Below, in pieces: positions 1-11,920 of a stretch of DNA of 64,000 bases (positions are counted from its first letter, which is position 1; each line of letters opens with the position of its first letter). Origin of the DNA: Leucoraja ocellata (lineage: Eukaryota). The notes under the pieces are model-generated. The model did not search any database, had not been told where the DNA came from, and was given only the letters and a program-made list of their open reading frames with translations. A program made the position numbers and the translations under genes. The DNA lies in NCBI GenBank assembly GCA_036785375.1, contig JAWMAR010000563.1, positions 1,116,001 to 1,180,000 on the forward strand, given 5' to 3'.

Positions 1-2300
1 GTCTGTCAGAATGACCCCCATAATTTTTGAGTGCACGCATGTTTGCGCTCAGTAATTTGATAATGTAAAGGTCCGATTTATGTGGCTGGAACACAGCCAC
101 TATAATGCCAATCATTCTACTACCAGTCTGATGGATGGTTTAGTTTACTGCAAGCCTTCATTAAGGCTGTAACCTTTTCTTACGGCAAAGTCACTGACAT
201 GTGAGCTGAGTTAAGAGTGAAACCGCAGATGATCCATTGTGTTAAATACATCTGTGGTCACCTCTAATGGGTACTGTATAGTAAGCATTTTTTAATACGA
301 TGCTTGCCATGTAGTAACCTAGGATCAATACCTTTGCAGTAACAAAGGTTCCCATCTAGTAATGAATATAAAGTACGAAAGTATTCAAATTAGTCAACTC
401 TATGATGATGTGGCAACCACCATCTATTTTATGATAAAGATTTTGGACACAAATCCTGTGATTCGTGTTGGATGTCCTGCATTAGTCCTTTTATTCGAAC
501 AAGTTAGGGCTTTATTCTTTGGAGCGCAGAAGGTTAAGGGGGGACTTGATAGAGGTTTTTAAAATGATGAGAGGGATAGACAGAGTTGACGTGGAAAAGC
601 TTTTCCCACTGAGAGTAGGGAAGATGCAAACAAGGGGACATGACATAAGAATTAAGGGACTGAAGTTTAGGGGTAACATGAGGGGGAACTTCTTTACTCA
701 GAGAGTGGTAGCTGTGTGGAATGAGCTTCCAGTGAAGGTGGTGGAGGCAGGTTCGTTTTTATCATTTAAAAATAAATTGGATAGTTATATGGATGGGAAG
801 GGAATGGAGGGTTATGGTCTGAGCGCAGGTATATGGGACTAGGGGAGATTATGTGTTCGGCACGGACTAGAAGCGTCGAGATGGCCTGTTTCCGTGCTGT
901 AATTGTTATATGGTTATTATATGGTTATATTTGGGCACTGTAGTTCAGTAAACGCTTTTGATTATTTCTTTGCCTGTAAGCATGAACATTCAGTTCGGTA
1001 CATGCTGAACTGGAAGGTTATGTTTTGAATAATTCTATGGTATAACCCTATACTTCTTCCTCCATGGTTACTATAAGTAGGTTTCTGTAGTTGGGTCTGT
1101 GTTGAGGGTTAGCGCATTCCCCAGGAAGTAGTTTTTAGACGTTGCTTTAATGAGCCCCAGGGTTTCCCTCTATGTCAAGTTCTTTACCTGTTTAGATAAG
1201 TTGCCTCCAAATTTTAATATTGGTGGTATGGAGGTTCCAGGTTTGCATAGGCCTGCAAATTAGGGTCTAAAGCCGGTTGGATGGTACTTCTTCCTAATGC
1301 TGTTTACCCGTATTGGTAATTTGCAAAATAAGGCCAGTGCATTCTCGTGATCCAGTGTCATGTCTTTTTTGTTTATTGTGCGGGCGAAACCCGTAATACC
1401 CGCTGTTAGGACTTTTGGAACTTTCTTTCATTTCAAGTACCTGTCCTGCCATGTTTTCAAATACACTGGTTTATACTGGGAACATTCAGTGTTTTGCAGT
1501 TCCCTGATGGTAAGTGTCTTCCAATAGGTTTTCTGCACCCCATGTGCACTAGGGGTATGTTCTGCACCCCTGTTCAGGTTCAGCCCAGAATTCACCCCCT
1601 ATACTCCCCTCTGATGAGGGAGACACTGTGCAGCCCTACAAGAGGTACTGCTGTAGGACTTACTAGCTGCCCCCTGTGACTAGTCTCCATCTCCCGGAGC
1701 CTGCCACTTACCTGCTCCAACAGCTGCTCCAGCTGGCTCCGATGCTCTTGGGCACCCAACCGGCTCCAATGCACATGGTCACTGGCTGTCGCGGCTGCTC
1801 CTGAAGCCGCTACTCCTGAGGCCGCTCCTGCTCCAGTTCCTGCAGCCGCTCCAACTGTTCCAATGCTCACGGGCACTGGCCGCTCGCGGCTATTCAGAGT
1901 CGGACTCCTCGGAGTCAACGACCCTGTTAGTTTTTGCTTCGCTCTCCCGCCCGGCTTGGCCGGTGTGGGAGTGAAGTTGGGAGCAAAGTCGGGCACAGCT
2001 GTTCCCATTACGGGAGATTGGCGTGCCTTTGGCTGCTGCTGCTGCCGGCTGCCCGCAACTCCATGATTCTCCCCCGCCAGCTTTTACGCAGCCGTCGTGG
2101 ATCTGGTCCATGTCTCCACCTGAAAGGTAAGTGGAAGGAACGCAGAGTCTTCTTACCTGCTGTTCCCGGTTTTCAAATTTTGCCGCTAAGGGAACGTCGT
2201 TCCCCCTGCTGTGACTCGTTGCAATACGTGTAGCGATATGACACGCATGCGTCCTGGCGGGGTTCTTCACGTAGTCACTCACGTGACTCCGAAGTAAAAT
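1..2300 (-). mobile_element. Degenerate DIRS-type (tyrosine-recombinase) retrotransposon, 5' part (terminus, gag, RT); interrupted by a CR1 fragment
   Basis: Minus strand 1-490 translates, with stops and frameshifts, to DIRS RT motifs (GFVSKIFI..DGGCHIIIELTNLNTFV; GYYMASIVLKNAYYTVPI; SVTLP*EKV; GPLHY). 1150-1350 gives a gag-like segment (IQPALDP..FAGLCKPG..FGGNLSKQVK). GC-rich leader and a terminal CACGTGA motif near 2290. Confidence 0.75.
497..930 (+). mobile_element. CR1 LINE 3' fragment (family A, ATATGGTT-type tail) inserted in the DIRS element
   Basis: ORF 519-842 is the CR1 ORF2 C-terminus ([12 protein letters not shown]...FFTQRVVAVWNELP); tandem ttatatgg tail. Confidence 0.95.
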
Positions 2301-2864
2301 TTAGTTTAATTCACCTCAACCTCATTGCACATCGAACATTGTCTATGGGACTGATATGTTACAATGTTGAGAACTATATTCTGTACTCTGTATCCTCCTC
2401 TTTGCTCTATCTATTGTTTTTGAGTTTGTATTAATGTATAGTATTATCTAATTAGTTTGGACAGCATTTAAAACAAACCTTTACACTGTATCTTGAAACA
2501 TCTCACATTAATAAAACAAAACCTAAGGAAGTAAGTTCTGTGACGCAAGTTACAGTTTCTGCAACATAAAATATAACTGCCTGACAAACAGCGACTGTAC
2601 TAGTTTGATTCCAGGTATGCTGCACTAACCTACACAAATGCTCACTTTTGAAGATCCCCTCGAACAATGCACAACTAAGGAATCTGATGTTTCACTCTGA
2701 AGACTGTTGACATACTCCAGAACTTAATTTCCAACCTATCTATGTATTATGAGCAATCTAGGCTACAGCGCCATCTGTCCCTTCATCTGCTCTTAATACC
2801 AACAATAAGTGGTTGCATTGATTCCCAACCTGCAGTTACAGTTTCCCAACCTGAACACTCTTTT

Positions 2865-3105
2865 AGAAACATAGAGACATAGAAAATAGGTGCAGGAGGA
2901 GGCCATTCGGCCCTTCGAGCCAGCACCACCATTCATAGATACATAGAAAATAGGTGCAGGAGTAGGCCATTCGGCCCTTTGAGCCTGCACCGCCATTCAA
3001 TATGATCATGGCTGATCAACCAACTCAGTATCCCGTACCTGCCTTCTCCCCATATCCCCTGATCCCTTTAGCCACAAGGGCCACATCTAACTCCCTCTTA
3101 AATAT
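2865..3105 (-). mobile_element. CR1 3' end fragments (family B, TTCTATGT-type tail), partly tandem
   Basis: acatagaaa tail; 3' UTR matches 15850-15976 in reverse. Confidence 0.85.
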
Positions 3106-3176
3106 ATGATTTGTTCATGATTGTTCATGAAGTTTGGATCTCTACAATATATTGTATTTCTTTTGTTTCTCATTCA

Positions 3177-3755
3177 TAGTGATCATGGCTGATCGTCCCC
3201 TATCAATAACCCGTGCCTGCCTTCTCCCCATACCCCTTGACTGCACTAGCCCCTAGAGCTCTATCTAACTCACTCTTAAAACCATCCAGTGACTTGGCCT
3301 CCACTGCCCTCTGTGGCAGGGAATTCCACAAATTCACAACTCTCTGGGTGAAAAAGTTTTTTCTCACCTCAGTCTTAAATGACCTCCCCTTTATTCCAAG
3401 ACTGTGACCCCCTGGTTCTGGATTCGCCCAACATTGGGAACATTTTTCCTGCATCTAGCTTGTCCAGTCCTTTTTATAATTTTAAATGTTTCTATAAGAT
3501 CCCCCTCATCCTTCTAAACTCCAGTGAATACAAGCATAGTCTTTTTAATCTTTCCTCATATGACAGTCCTGCCATTCCAGGGATCAATCTCGTGAACCTA
3601 CGCTGCACTGCTTCAATCGCAAGGATGTCCTTCCTCAAATTAGGAGACCAAAACTGCACACACTACTCCAGATGTGGTCTCACCAGAGCACTATACAACT
3701 GCAGAAGAACCTCTTTACTCCTATACTGAAATACTATTGTTATGAAGGCCAACAT
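3177..3755 (-). mobile_element. CR1 LINE 3' fragment
   Basis: Minus ORF 3203-3454 (GHSLGIKGRSFKTEVRKNFFTQRVVNLWNSLP); LVRPHLE motif upstream. Confidence 0.9.
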
Positions 3756-4270
3756 TAAGACAACTCTCTGCTTGCTCTGAATTGTTTTTTCCTTTCATGC
3801 TAATTATTACCCCAAATGTCAAAAGCCTTTGCATCACTTGATCAGATATCTTATGAAAATCCTGATATTGTGGCGATATCTGGTGGTCAGGTCACTTATT
3901 GGTAGAATCCTCGTCAGGGGAGCTGGGACTATCACATGACAGGGTTTTGGTGGGAGTTGGTGATGAGTCAGTCGTCAGTCAACTGGTGTGCCCGATTACA
4001 ACGGCAGGAACTTTGCTCAAGTCCTTACTAAACACGCGTGTGCCAAAACTATATTTCTTTAAAAAAAATTGATTTGTTCATGACGTTTGGATCTCTACAA
4101 TATATTGTATTTCTGTTGTTTCTCATTCCAATTTTGTTATCTATTCTGCTTTTTCATCATTTTGTTTTTGAATTTTAGGCTGTGCACACCTGCAAACTAC
4201 TGCTGCTTGAATATTTATTGTCTACAGGTTCCTGTTGCATAAAGTTCATAATCAATTTCATAAACAAAGT

Positions 4271-4502
4271 TTGAAGAAGGGCCCCAAAACGAAACGTCAC
4301 CTGTCCATATGTAAAAAGAAACTGCAAATGCTGGTTTACACCGAAGATGGACACAAATTTCTGGAATAACTCAGCTGGTCAGGCAGCATCTCTGGAGAAA
4401 AGGAATACGTGATGTTTCGGGTCACGCTCCTTCTGACTGAGTCCATGTTCGCCAGAGATGCTGCCTGTGCCGCTGAATTACTCCAGCATTTTGTATCTAT
4501 CA
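4271..4502. repeat. Penelope-like terminal-repeat-derived sequence in a foldback arrangement
   Basis: ctggaataactcagc..ggcagcatctctgg followed by its inverted copy ccagagatgctgcc..ttactccag; matches the 3' part of the PLE at 31565-31790. Confidence 0.7.
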
Positions 4503-5076
4503 TGTATTGTCTTTCTACTGACTGGTTGGCACGTAACAAAAGCTTTTCACTGTACCTCAGTACACGTGACAATAAACTAAACTAAACCTTTTGTGTAAAT
4601 CAGTACCTGCATCTTGTTCTACAATTTTCCTGTTAATGCACTTTATTGTTTTGTTATTACTTAAATGTTCTGCCATTATTGAAAGAAATCCAGCATTTCC
4701 CCCAAAACAGATGTTAGATTATATAGGGCTAAAACCAGTATCTATCTGCTTTCAATTTGCCTTCTTTCTTGAATTAAGATGTGGCTGTGATGGTGCCATA
4801 GATCATAGAGTTGTACAGAACATATATTGTCCCTTTGCTATGCTGCAGAACTCTGTCATTCAAAACACCATATCATTTTATATACCTTGAAATGCGCCAA
4901 AGATAGACACAAAATGCTGGAGTAACTCATTGGTCAGGTAGCATCTCTGGAGAAAAGGAATAGGTGGCATTTTGGGTCGAGACCCTTCTTCAGCCTGAAG
5001 TCTTCAGACAGTGCCAATCTATTTAGCTGCACAGCTTAACAATTGATTTGTAAAATTATGCATTCTTATTTTTCAG

Positions 5077-5184
5077 AAGGAAATGGGAAGAAAGACAGGC
5101 ACATTGGCCTTATTGCCGTGTGTGTGCTGATATCGCTGGCTATTGGCTTGGCAGTAATTGTTTGGTGGAGAAAAAACAGGAGAG
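5077..5184 (+). CDS. Transmembrane exon of a type I membrane protein (probably MHC class I-like or CD1-like); upstream exons lie outside the window
   Basis: Acceptor ttcttatttttcag, donor G|gtaaga, 108 nt, phase 1-1. Encodes xGNGKKDRHIGLIAVCVLISLAIGLAVIVWWRKNRR (hydrophobic span plus basic stop-transfer). Confidence 0.85.
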
Positions 5185-5789
5185 GTAAGATGGAAACATT
5201 GTGACAAACTGTTGCTAGTAAAGGTATTGGATTTGAAGAAATGATCAATCTCAAGTAGGATAAGGCAGCAGCTACACATGAAATGCCACAATTGTCACCA
5301 CTGTCAACTAGCCTTTTTGCTGTTGCTAAATGTTTCTGATATTCAGATATTTGAAATTGTGAATTCAGTGTAAAATAAATAGGTAGACATTATGGATTCA
5401 CTGCACCAAATCCTAGAAATATCATTGAAAAGTACAGCATGCAAGCAGTCCATTCGGCCCACCGAGTCCATGCCAACCACCAACCACCTGTTTTCATGAA
5501 TTCTATCTCATTGCACCTTCTCATCCAGTCACACACCCACGAGGGGCAATTTACAGTGGCCAATTAAACTATAAACTGACATGTCTTGGGATGTATGAGG
5601 AAGCCGGAGCCCCTGGAGCGATCCAATGCGGTTACACGGAGGACGTGCAAACTCCACATAGATGGCACTCGAGGTCAAAATTGAAGCCGAGTTGTGACAC
5701 TGTGCTGCTCTGTTGGGGGCTCGCACTGTTCATAATCAAAGTCAGCAACGAGGCAGATTGGTTGCAGTTTTACATTTACTAGTTTTGTT

Positions 5790-6295
5790 TAGTTTAATTT
5801 AGAGATACAGTGACGAAATAGGCCCTTTGGCCCATCGAGTCTGCGCTGACCAGCGATCCCCGCATATTAACACTATCCTACACACACACACACACCATGC
5901 CAATTAACCTACATACCTGTACATCTTTGGAGTGTGGGAGGAAACCTTAGATCTTTGAGAAAACACACGCGGTCACGGGGAGAACGTACAAACTCTGTAC
6001 AGACAGCATCAGTAGTCGGGATCGAACCTAGGTCTCCGGTGCTGCAAGCACTGTAATGCCCCTGTCCGACTTAGGAAACCTGAACGGAAACCTCTGGAGA
6101 CTTTGCGCCCCACCCAAGGTTTCCGAGCTGTTCCTGGAGGTTGCAGGTGGTTGCCGGAGGTTGCAGGTAGTGGAAGCAGGAAGGGAGACTGACAAAAACC
6201 TCCGGGAACTGCACGGAAACATTGGGTGGGGCGCAAAGTCTCCAGAGGTTTCCGTTCAGGTTTGCTAAGTGGGACAGGGGCATAAGGCGCCTCTG
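5790..6295 (-). mobile_element. tRNA-derived V-SINE (HE1-like), interrupted by a MITE
   Basis: Reverse complement of the V-domain (gagtttgtacgttctccccgtgacc...ttcctcccacactccaaaga) and an AAACT-type tail. Confidence 0.85.
6057..6282. mobile_element. PIF/Harbinger-type MITE
   Basis: Long terminal inverted repeats (TIRs), TGCCCCTGTCC...GGGACAGGGGCA, making almost the whole element palindromic; flanked by TAA at 6054-6056 and 6283-6285. Confidence 0.85.
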
Positions 6296-7189
6296 TGGCT
6301 CCTGTTGCTGGAAGACTCAAAATGACGTGGGAATGTGAGTAGTGGGAGTAATAGTTCAAGGTGGAAAGCCGAATGAATGAGCAACAACGTGACAGGTGGA
6401 CAACAATGTGAAACAGGGCAGCACCGAGACAGAGACCAGAATTAAATACCAACATCGGCTGTTGTATCTGTAGAGTATGCATGTTGTTCCTGTGACCAAG
6501 TGGGTTTCCCCAGGTGCTCTGGTTTCCTCCCACATCCCCAAAACATGGTTTGGTAGGTTAGTTGTCCCCTAGATTGTGCATGATACAATGTGGGGATAGC
6601 TGATGAGAATGTGGGACAAATGTAGGATTAGTGTACATGAATGGTTGGTGCAAAGTCAGTGGGACAAAGGCCATGTTTGTATATTTCCATGACTCTTTAT
6701 GATGTAGAAAGATGCTGACTATTTTTGAATTATAAGATTGGAAAAGACTGTGAGGAACGGTGCTTGAGTAGCTCAGCAGGTCAGGCAACATCCCTGGAGA
6801 CCATGGATAGGTGACAATCTGGTTCGAGACTCTCCAGGCAAATTACAATGGGTAATCTCCGCTTAAGCCTGAGAGTAGTGTACAGATGCACCTCAACCAC
6901 TGACTTGCTCTACAAGTGCCCCAATGAGTTGAATTAAAGTATGTTTGGAGTAACATGTAGCAGTCCTTAAAATATACCATTTCCCAAATCCCAAGAGCTG
7001 GATGATCAGGGATTTAGTGTAAATTCAGTCATCTATGTCACTGGTTTCTTGCCTGTGATCACACTGTTGTAAGAATTATGCTGGAGATGAATTGCAGTTC
7101 ACTTTCCCCTTGTGTAAAGAAGTTATTGTGTTGAATATAACAAGTGGAAGGGAAAGTCAGTGTAGGATTTAGAGTTTGTACGTAATGCA

Positions 7190-7640
7190 GCATGGTAGTG
7201 CAGCTGGTAGAACTGCTGCCTCACAACGCCAGAGACGCAGGTTCAATCTGGACCTCGGGTACTGTCTACGTAGAGTTTGCACGTTCTCCTTGTGACTATG
7301 TTGGCTTCCTCAGGGAGCTCCGGTTTCCTCCCACATCCCAAAGATGAGCAGGTGTGTAGGTAATCAGCCAGGCAGTGTATGGAGTGGGTGGGAATCTATT
7401 ATGAATAGGCAATCGCTGGTTAGTATGGATTTGGTGGCACAAATGGCCTGTTTACACACTGTATCACTGTTTTCAAGAGAGAGTTAGAATTAGCTCTTAG
7501 GGCTAAGGGAATCAAGGGATATGGGGAAAAAGCCGGAATGGAGTACTGATTTTGGATGATCAGCCATGATTGTGTTGAATGGCGGTGCTGGCTCGAAGGG
7601 CCGAATAGCCTATTCCTGCACCTATTTTTTATGTTTCTAT
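7190..7640 (+). mobile_element. V-SINE followed by a CR1 family B 3' end
   Basis: tRNA-like head (ggtagtgcagctggtaga...ggttcaatc), V-domain, then CR1 3' UTR. Confidence 0.75.
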
Positions 7641-9239
7641 CTTTCTATTAAATAAACTAAATTGGAAGTCAGAAGGTATTGCCTGATGCATCTTCAAGCC
7701 AGCTGTAAATGTCATAAATTGTGAGAATTGATTGCGAATGTGATACAATATTATAAACAAAACTGGGTGATCAAAATGACAAGATGGCTGAAGAGCAGAG
7801 TTTTCATTGAAATAACAGACGTGCAGCTTTCTCGAGCACTTGGCCTTGGTTGTGTAATATTTCCTCTTCAAAATACAATGTTCCCAGGCACTGCTGGTCT
7901 GAGACACCACTCAGCAAGTATATTTCCTGAAACTGAGGTGCTGCTTTCATGGTATCAAGATGTCTAGCAGCTCCAGCACGCTGATCAGAACCAAGCCATT
8001 TCTCACTTTGCCAAAACTAAGAATGCAGCACCAATTTAGTCATTGAACACCAACAACATGCACATTTGAAGTGAGGCAAAGGTTTGACCTTATTATCACT
8101 GTAAACCAGCCATGGTTATAGAGGTCTGCCATTGTGGTCACTATTTGCGAGGGTGATTAACTAACATTTAGCAGTGAAACGGAAAATAATTGGCTTTACA
8201 AGCCCACGGAGCCAGAGTCATACGGCGTGGAAACAGGTCCTTTGCCTCAACTTGGCCATGCCAACCAAGATGCCAAGTTTAAACTAGACCCCTTTACCTG
8301 CAATTGACCCATATCTCCCTGAACCTTTTCTATCTACCGTATGTACCTGGCCAAGTGTGTTCTAAATATTTTTAAGTCCCTGCCTCAACTACTTCCCCTG
8401 AAATGTTGTTCCATATTTCCACTTCCTCTGGTTTTGAGTAACTCATTTCCCTTCACCTTAAACCTAAGTCCTCTGGATATTGATTACACGGCTGGTGAAA
8501 AGATTCTGTGCATTCAATCTATCTATGCTCCTTGATTTTATAAATCTCTATAAGATCACCCCTCAGCCTCTTGGATGCCAAGGAATAAAGTCCAGGCATT
8601 CTCATCCTCTCCCTGAATCGCAGGCCCTGTTAATGACATCCTTCCCATAGTGGAGTGACAAAACTTAACACAATACTCCAAATGTGGCCTCACCAACATC
8701 TTGTACAACTGTAGCAGAACATCACAACCTTTGTATCCAGTACCTTGACAGCCAGAGAAGGTTGTGCTGTGAGGAGGACATTTCATGTTATTGATGTTCC
8801 TGATTATTCCGTTCTTTGTGCCTGGCCATTTTGACTTTGCCCCATTTTACTTTGTGTATGATATTGTACAAGATTTGTAATCACACCTCCCAATTGACTA
8901 AATTATCCTAATTAATTAAATGCCTATATGTTAAATGCCACATTAGGCATTTAGTTAAGTAGGATAATTTTTTGTGCAGGGTAGAAGCTGCAGTTTTTAT
9001 TACACACTGTGTGGTGTGTGCCTGGAATGGACTGCCAGGGATGGTGGCGTTTGGGGTACAGCTTTGTGGATGCAGGGGCTGGAGGGACATGAATCATTTG
9101 CAGGCAGATGCTGCCTAACTGGTGTCTGTCCGACTGATTGGGAGGAATTCGAATGGGATCTGATGGTGAGGCATGGAGTACTTCCAGTGACAATATTATG
9201 CTGAGCCACCAATGTTTGTGCTGAACATGATGCATATTA

Positions 9240-9755
9240 AGGCAGAGTGGTGCAGCAGAGAGAGCTGCTGCCTCAGACCGTCAGAGACATGAGTTCAATC
9301 TTAATCTCGGTTTTTGGCTGTGTAAAGTTTGCATATTTTCCCTGTGACCGCATGTGTTTCCACTGTGCTCCAGTTTCCACACACATGCCAAAGATGCCAC
9401 GGTTTATGAGTTAATTGGTCTCTGTAATTTAACCCTAGTGTGGATGCGAAATTTGGATAACACAGAACTTGTATGAACTAAACTAATTGGAAGAATATTA
9501 TGTTTTTTGCTTAGTTTAGTTCAGAGACATAGCATTGAAACAGACACTTCAACCCATTGAGTGCGCACCAACCACCGATCACTCACACATGCTAGGGACA
9601 CAAGACAATTCACCTACAAACCTGCATGTCTCTTTTTGGAATGTGGGAGGAAACTGGAGTACCTGGAGAAAACCTGTGCAGTCACAGGGAGAAGGTACAA
9701 ACTCCGCAGAGACAGCACCCGTAGACAGGATCAACCCAGATGTCTGGTGCTGTAC
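9240..9755. mobile_element. Two V-SINE copies in opposite orientation
   Basis: V-domain on + (9240-9480) and on - (9505-9755). Confidence 0.7.
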
Positions 9756-9907
9756 CATTATATCTGGAAGGGAAGATGTTATGTGGGATGAATCAACAGT
9801 GGAAGCATCATTTTAAGCTCTGTCCTCGGCTCTGCGAATGGCCTATTCCTGCATCTTTTGTCCATTGTCTATTTCACGGTTGTCTAATATTTAATTTCCC
9901 TCCTCAG

Positions 9908-9948
9908 ATTATCAAAATATTCAACCAAACCAGAACGTTCCCTGCTAA
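9908..9948 (+). CDS. Putative terminal cytoplasmic exon of the left gene: (D)YQNIQPNQNVPC*
   Basis: Branch-point-like ctaat at 9884, polypyrimidine acceptor tttccctcctcag, phase-1 compatible with the donor at 5184, TAA at 9946-9948, AATAAA about 100 nt downstream; unique non-repeat sequence. Confidence 0.65.
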
Positions 9949-10049
9949 CCTATCGCTGAATAGAAGATTTCATTGATGTGATTGAAATGCAGGATCAGAA
10001 CTATATGGAAAGAGTTAAATTAAATTTACTAAACATGACAGTATTTCTT

Positions 10050-10055
10050 AATAAA
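10050..10055 (+). terminator. Candidate polyadenylation signal of the left gene
   Basis: AATAAA about 100 nt after the predicted stop. Confidence 0.5.
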
Positions 10056-11429
10056 GTATCCTGCATTTGTACAAGATAGCGCTATGTTGCAATTTTTGCT
10101 GATCACAGCTGATCTGACTTAGGCCTCAAGTCCTTTACTGTACTTCTTCCACATAGGATACAATCCCCTGTAATTTTATAATATAACCTATTTCTCTTTA
10201 AATATCTCCAATGTTCTAACCTCCTATGTGTCAAAATGCAGCTTCTCTGCAAAATGGTTGACCTGTCTATGCTATGTTCTCCAATGTAGAAGAGGCCACA
10301 TTGTGTACACTGAATGCAGTGGACATAGTTGGACGCAGTGCAGCTGAATATCTGTTTTACATGGAACTGTCTTCTCCCTTTGTTTCCATTTTCCACCACA
10401 CATTATCCACCAATTCACCACCCCATCATGCCTCTAATACCTTCATAAGGTTAACTTTGATTTTTGTTAACTCCAAGGAATACGGAGCCAATGATTTCAG
10501 CCATTCATGGTAAGGCAACACTTGCTTATTCCAAGAATCTCTTCGAGCTGATATCCAATATTAATATGTCCTTTCTTAAATCTGAGAACGAAACTGTACA
10601 CAGTGCTCCTGATATGTCCTTAACAAGGTCATGTACCATAATTACAATTGTAACCTACTTTAAACGGCAATATGCTAATCACCTTCTGCGTTGTGTGCTG
10701 CATCTACCTGTTGGCTTTTGTTTATTCACCTTAAGCATTTGAATCTCTTGTACTCCACTCATTTGCAATCTCGCTCCATTTAGATAATAGCTTCCTTTGA
10801 ATTGCTCTTACCAAAGTATGTGAGCACATATTTTCCATTATTAAACTCCATTTGCCAGTTTTATGTTCTCCTAACAAAGAGTCATGGAACCATATAGCAA
10901 TAAAACAGGTACTTCAGCCTAATGCTCCAAGCTGAACTAGATACTACATCTGTTAGTCGCATTTGCTAGCGTTTGGCCAACATTTCTCTCAGCATGTTCT
11001 ATCGATGTACCTGTCCAAGTGTCTTTTCAATGTTGTTATTCTACCTTCTCTGTCAGCTCATTTCATAATAATTTCATACACCCAGTAATCTCTGAGTGGA
11101 AAAGGTTTCCCTCTCAGGTTCCTACTAAATCTTCCTCTTCACCTTAAACCTGTTTTTGCTGGTTCTTGATTACCCTACCCTGGGTAAATGCATCAGTGCA
11201 TTCCCCTGATCAATCGCCCTCATGATTTTAGATAGCGCTATAAGATCACCAATTAAAAGGTTTCAATTATAGATAGAGTGAGATTTTGTGGTTATTTCCA
11301 TCAAGAATTATAGACTAAAGAAAGGCCAGTAGATGTACTTGGTCAAACAGAATCTGTGGAGGCAAACGGCAATAACCAGCATTTCAAGTCAAGGCACTGC
11401 ATTAGAATTGAAAGAGGATGGGAAGGTTC

Positions 11430-11920
11430 TACCTGCACGGGAGACCCGACCTTTTCTTTGTCGGGTCTCCGTTGTCGTTGGGGCTGCAACAAGGAGCCGC
11501 CTCCAACAGGAAGACCGGGGGCTCTGGTGCCGAAGACTCACCTCACCATCGCGGAGCTGGCCGAGTCCAGAGCGGGTGGAGCGCTGCTGCGGCCTGACCT
11601 CCGGAGATTCGGGGGTTCCAACACCAAGACCCGGTGTGCGATCTCGCACCACCCGGCGTGGCTTTAATGGCCGCGGGACAATTGCCATCGCCAGCCGGGG
11701 GCTTTGACTATGACTCTGACATCGGGGTGGGGGGGGGGGGGGAGTGCAGTGGAGAGATAAGTTTTTTTGGCCTTCCATCACAGCAATGTGATGGATGTTT
11801 ACGTAAATTATGTTGTGTCTTGGGTCTATTTGTTTGTAATGTGTGGCTGCAGAAACGGCATTTCGTTTGGACCTCAAGGGGTCCAAATGACAAATAAATT
11901 GTATCTTGTATCTTGTATCT
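11430..11920 (+). mobile_element. GC-rich non-autonomous retroelement with a Rex1-type 3' end; relatives at 38320-38780, 48490-49100 and 63164-63615 (all minus)
   Basis: 3' end atttcgtt-stem loop-tgacaaataaa plus (tgtatct)n; shares the gccttccatcacag/ctgtgatggaaggc block with 48585. Confidence 0.55.

Noticed and set aside
3866-4045. Possible solo LTR (TG...CA)
   Set aside because: No convincing TSD or second copy visible.
4591-4890. ORF containing RCGCD, resembling an alpha2 YGC motif
   Set aside because: No other alpha2 features and no suitable splice sites.
6056-6283. Mirror ORFs with near-identical peptides on both strands
   Set aside because: Artefact of the palindromic MITE.
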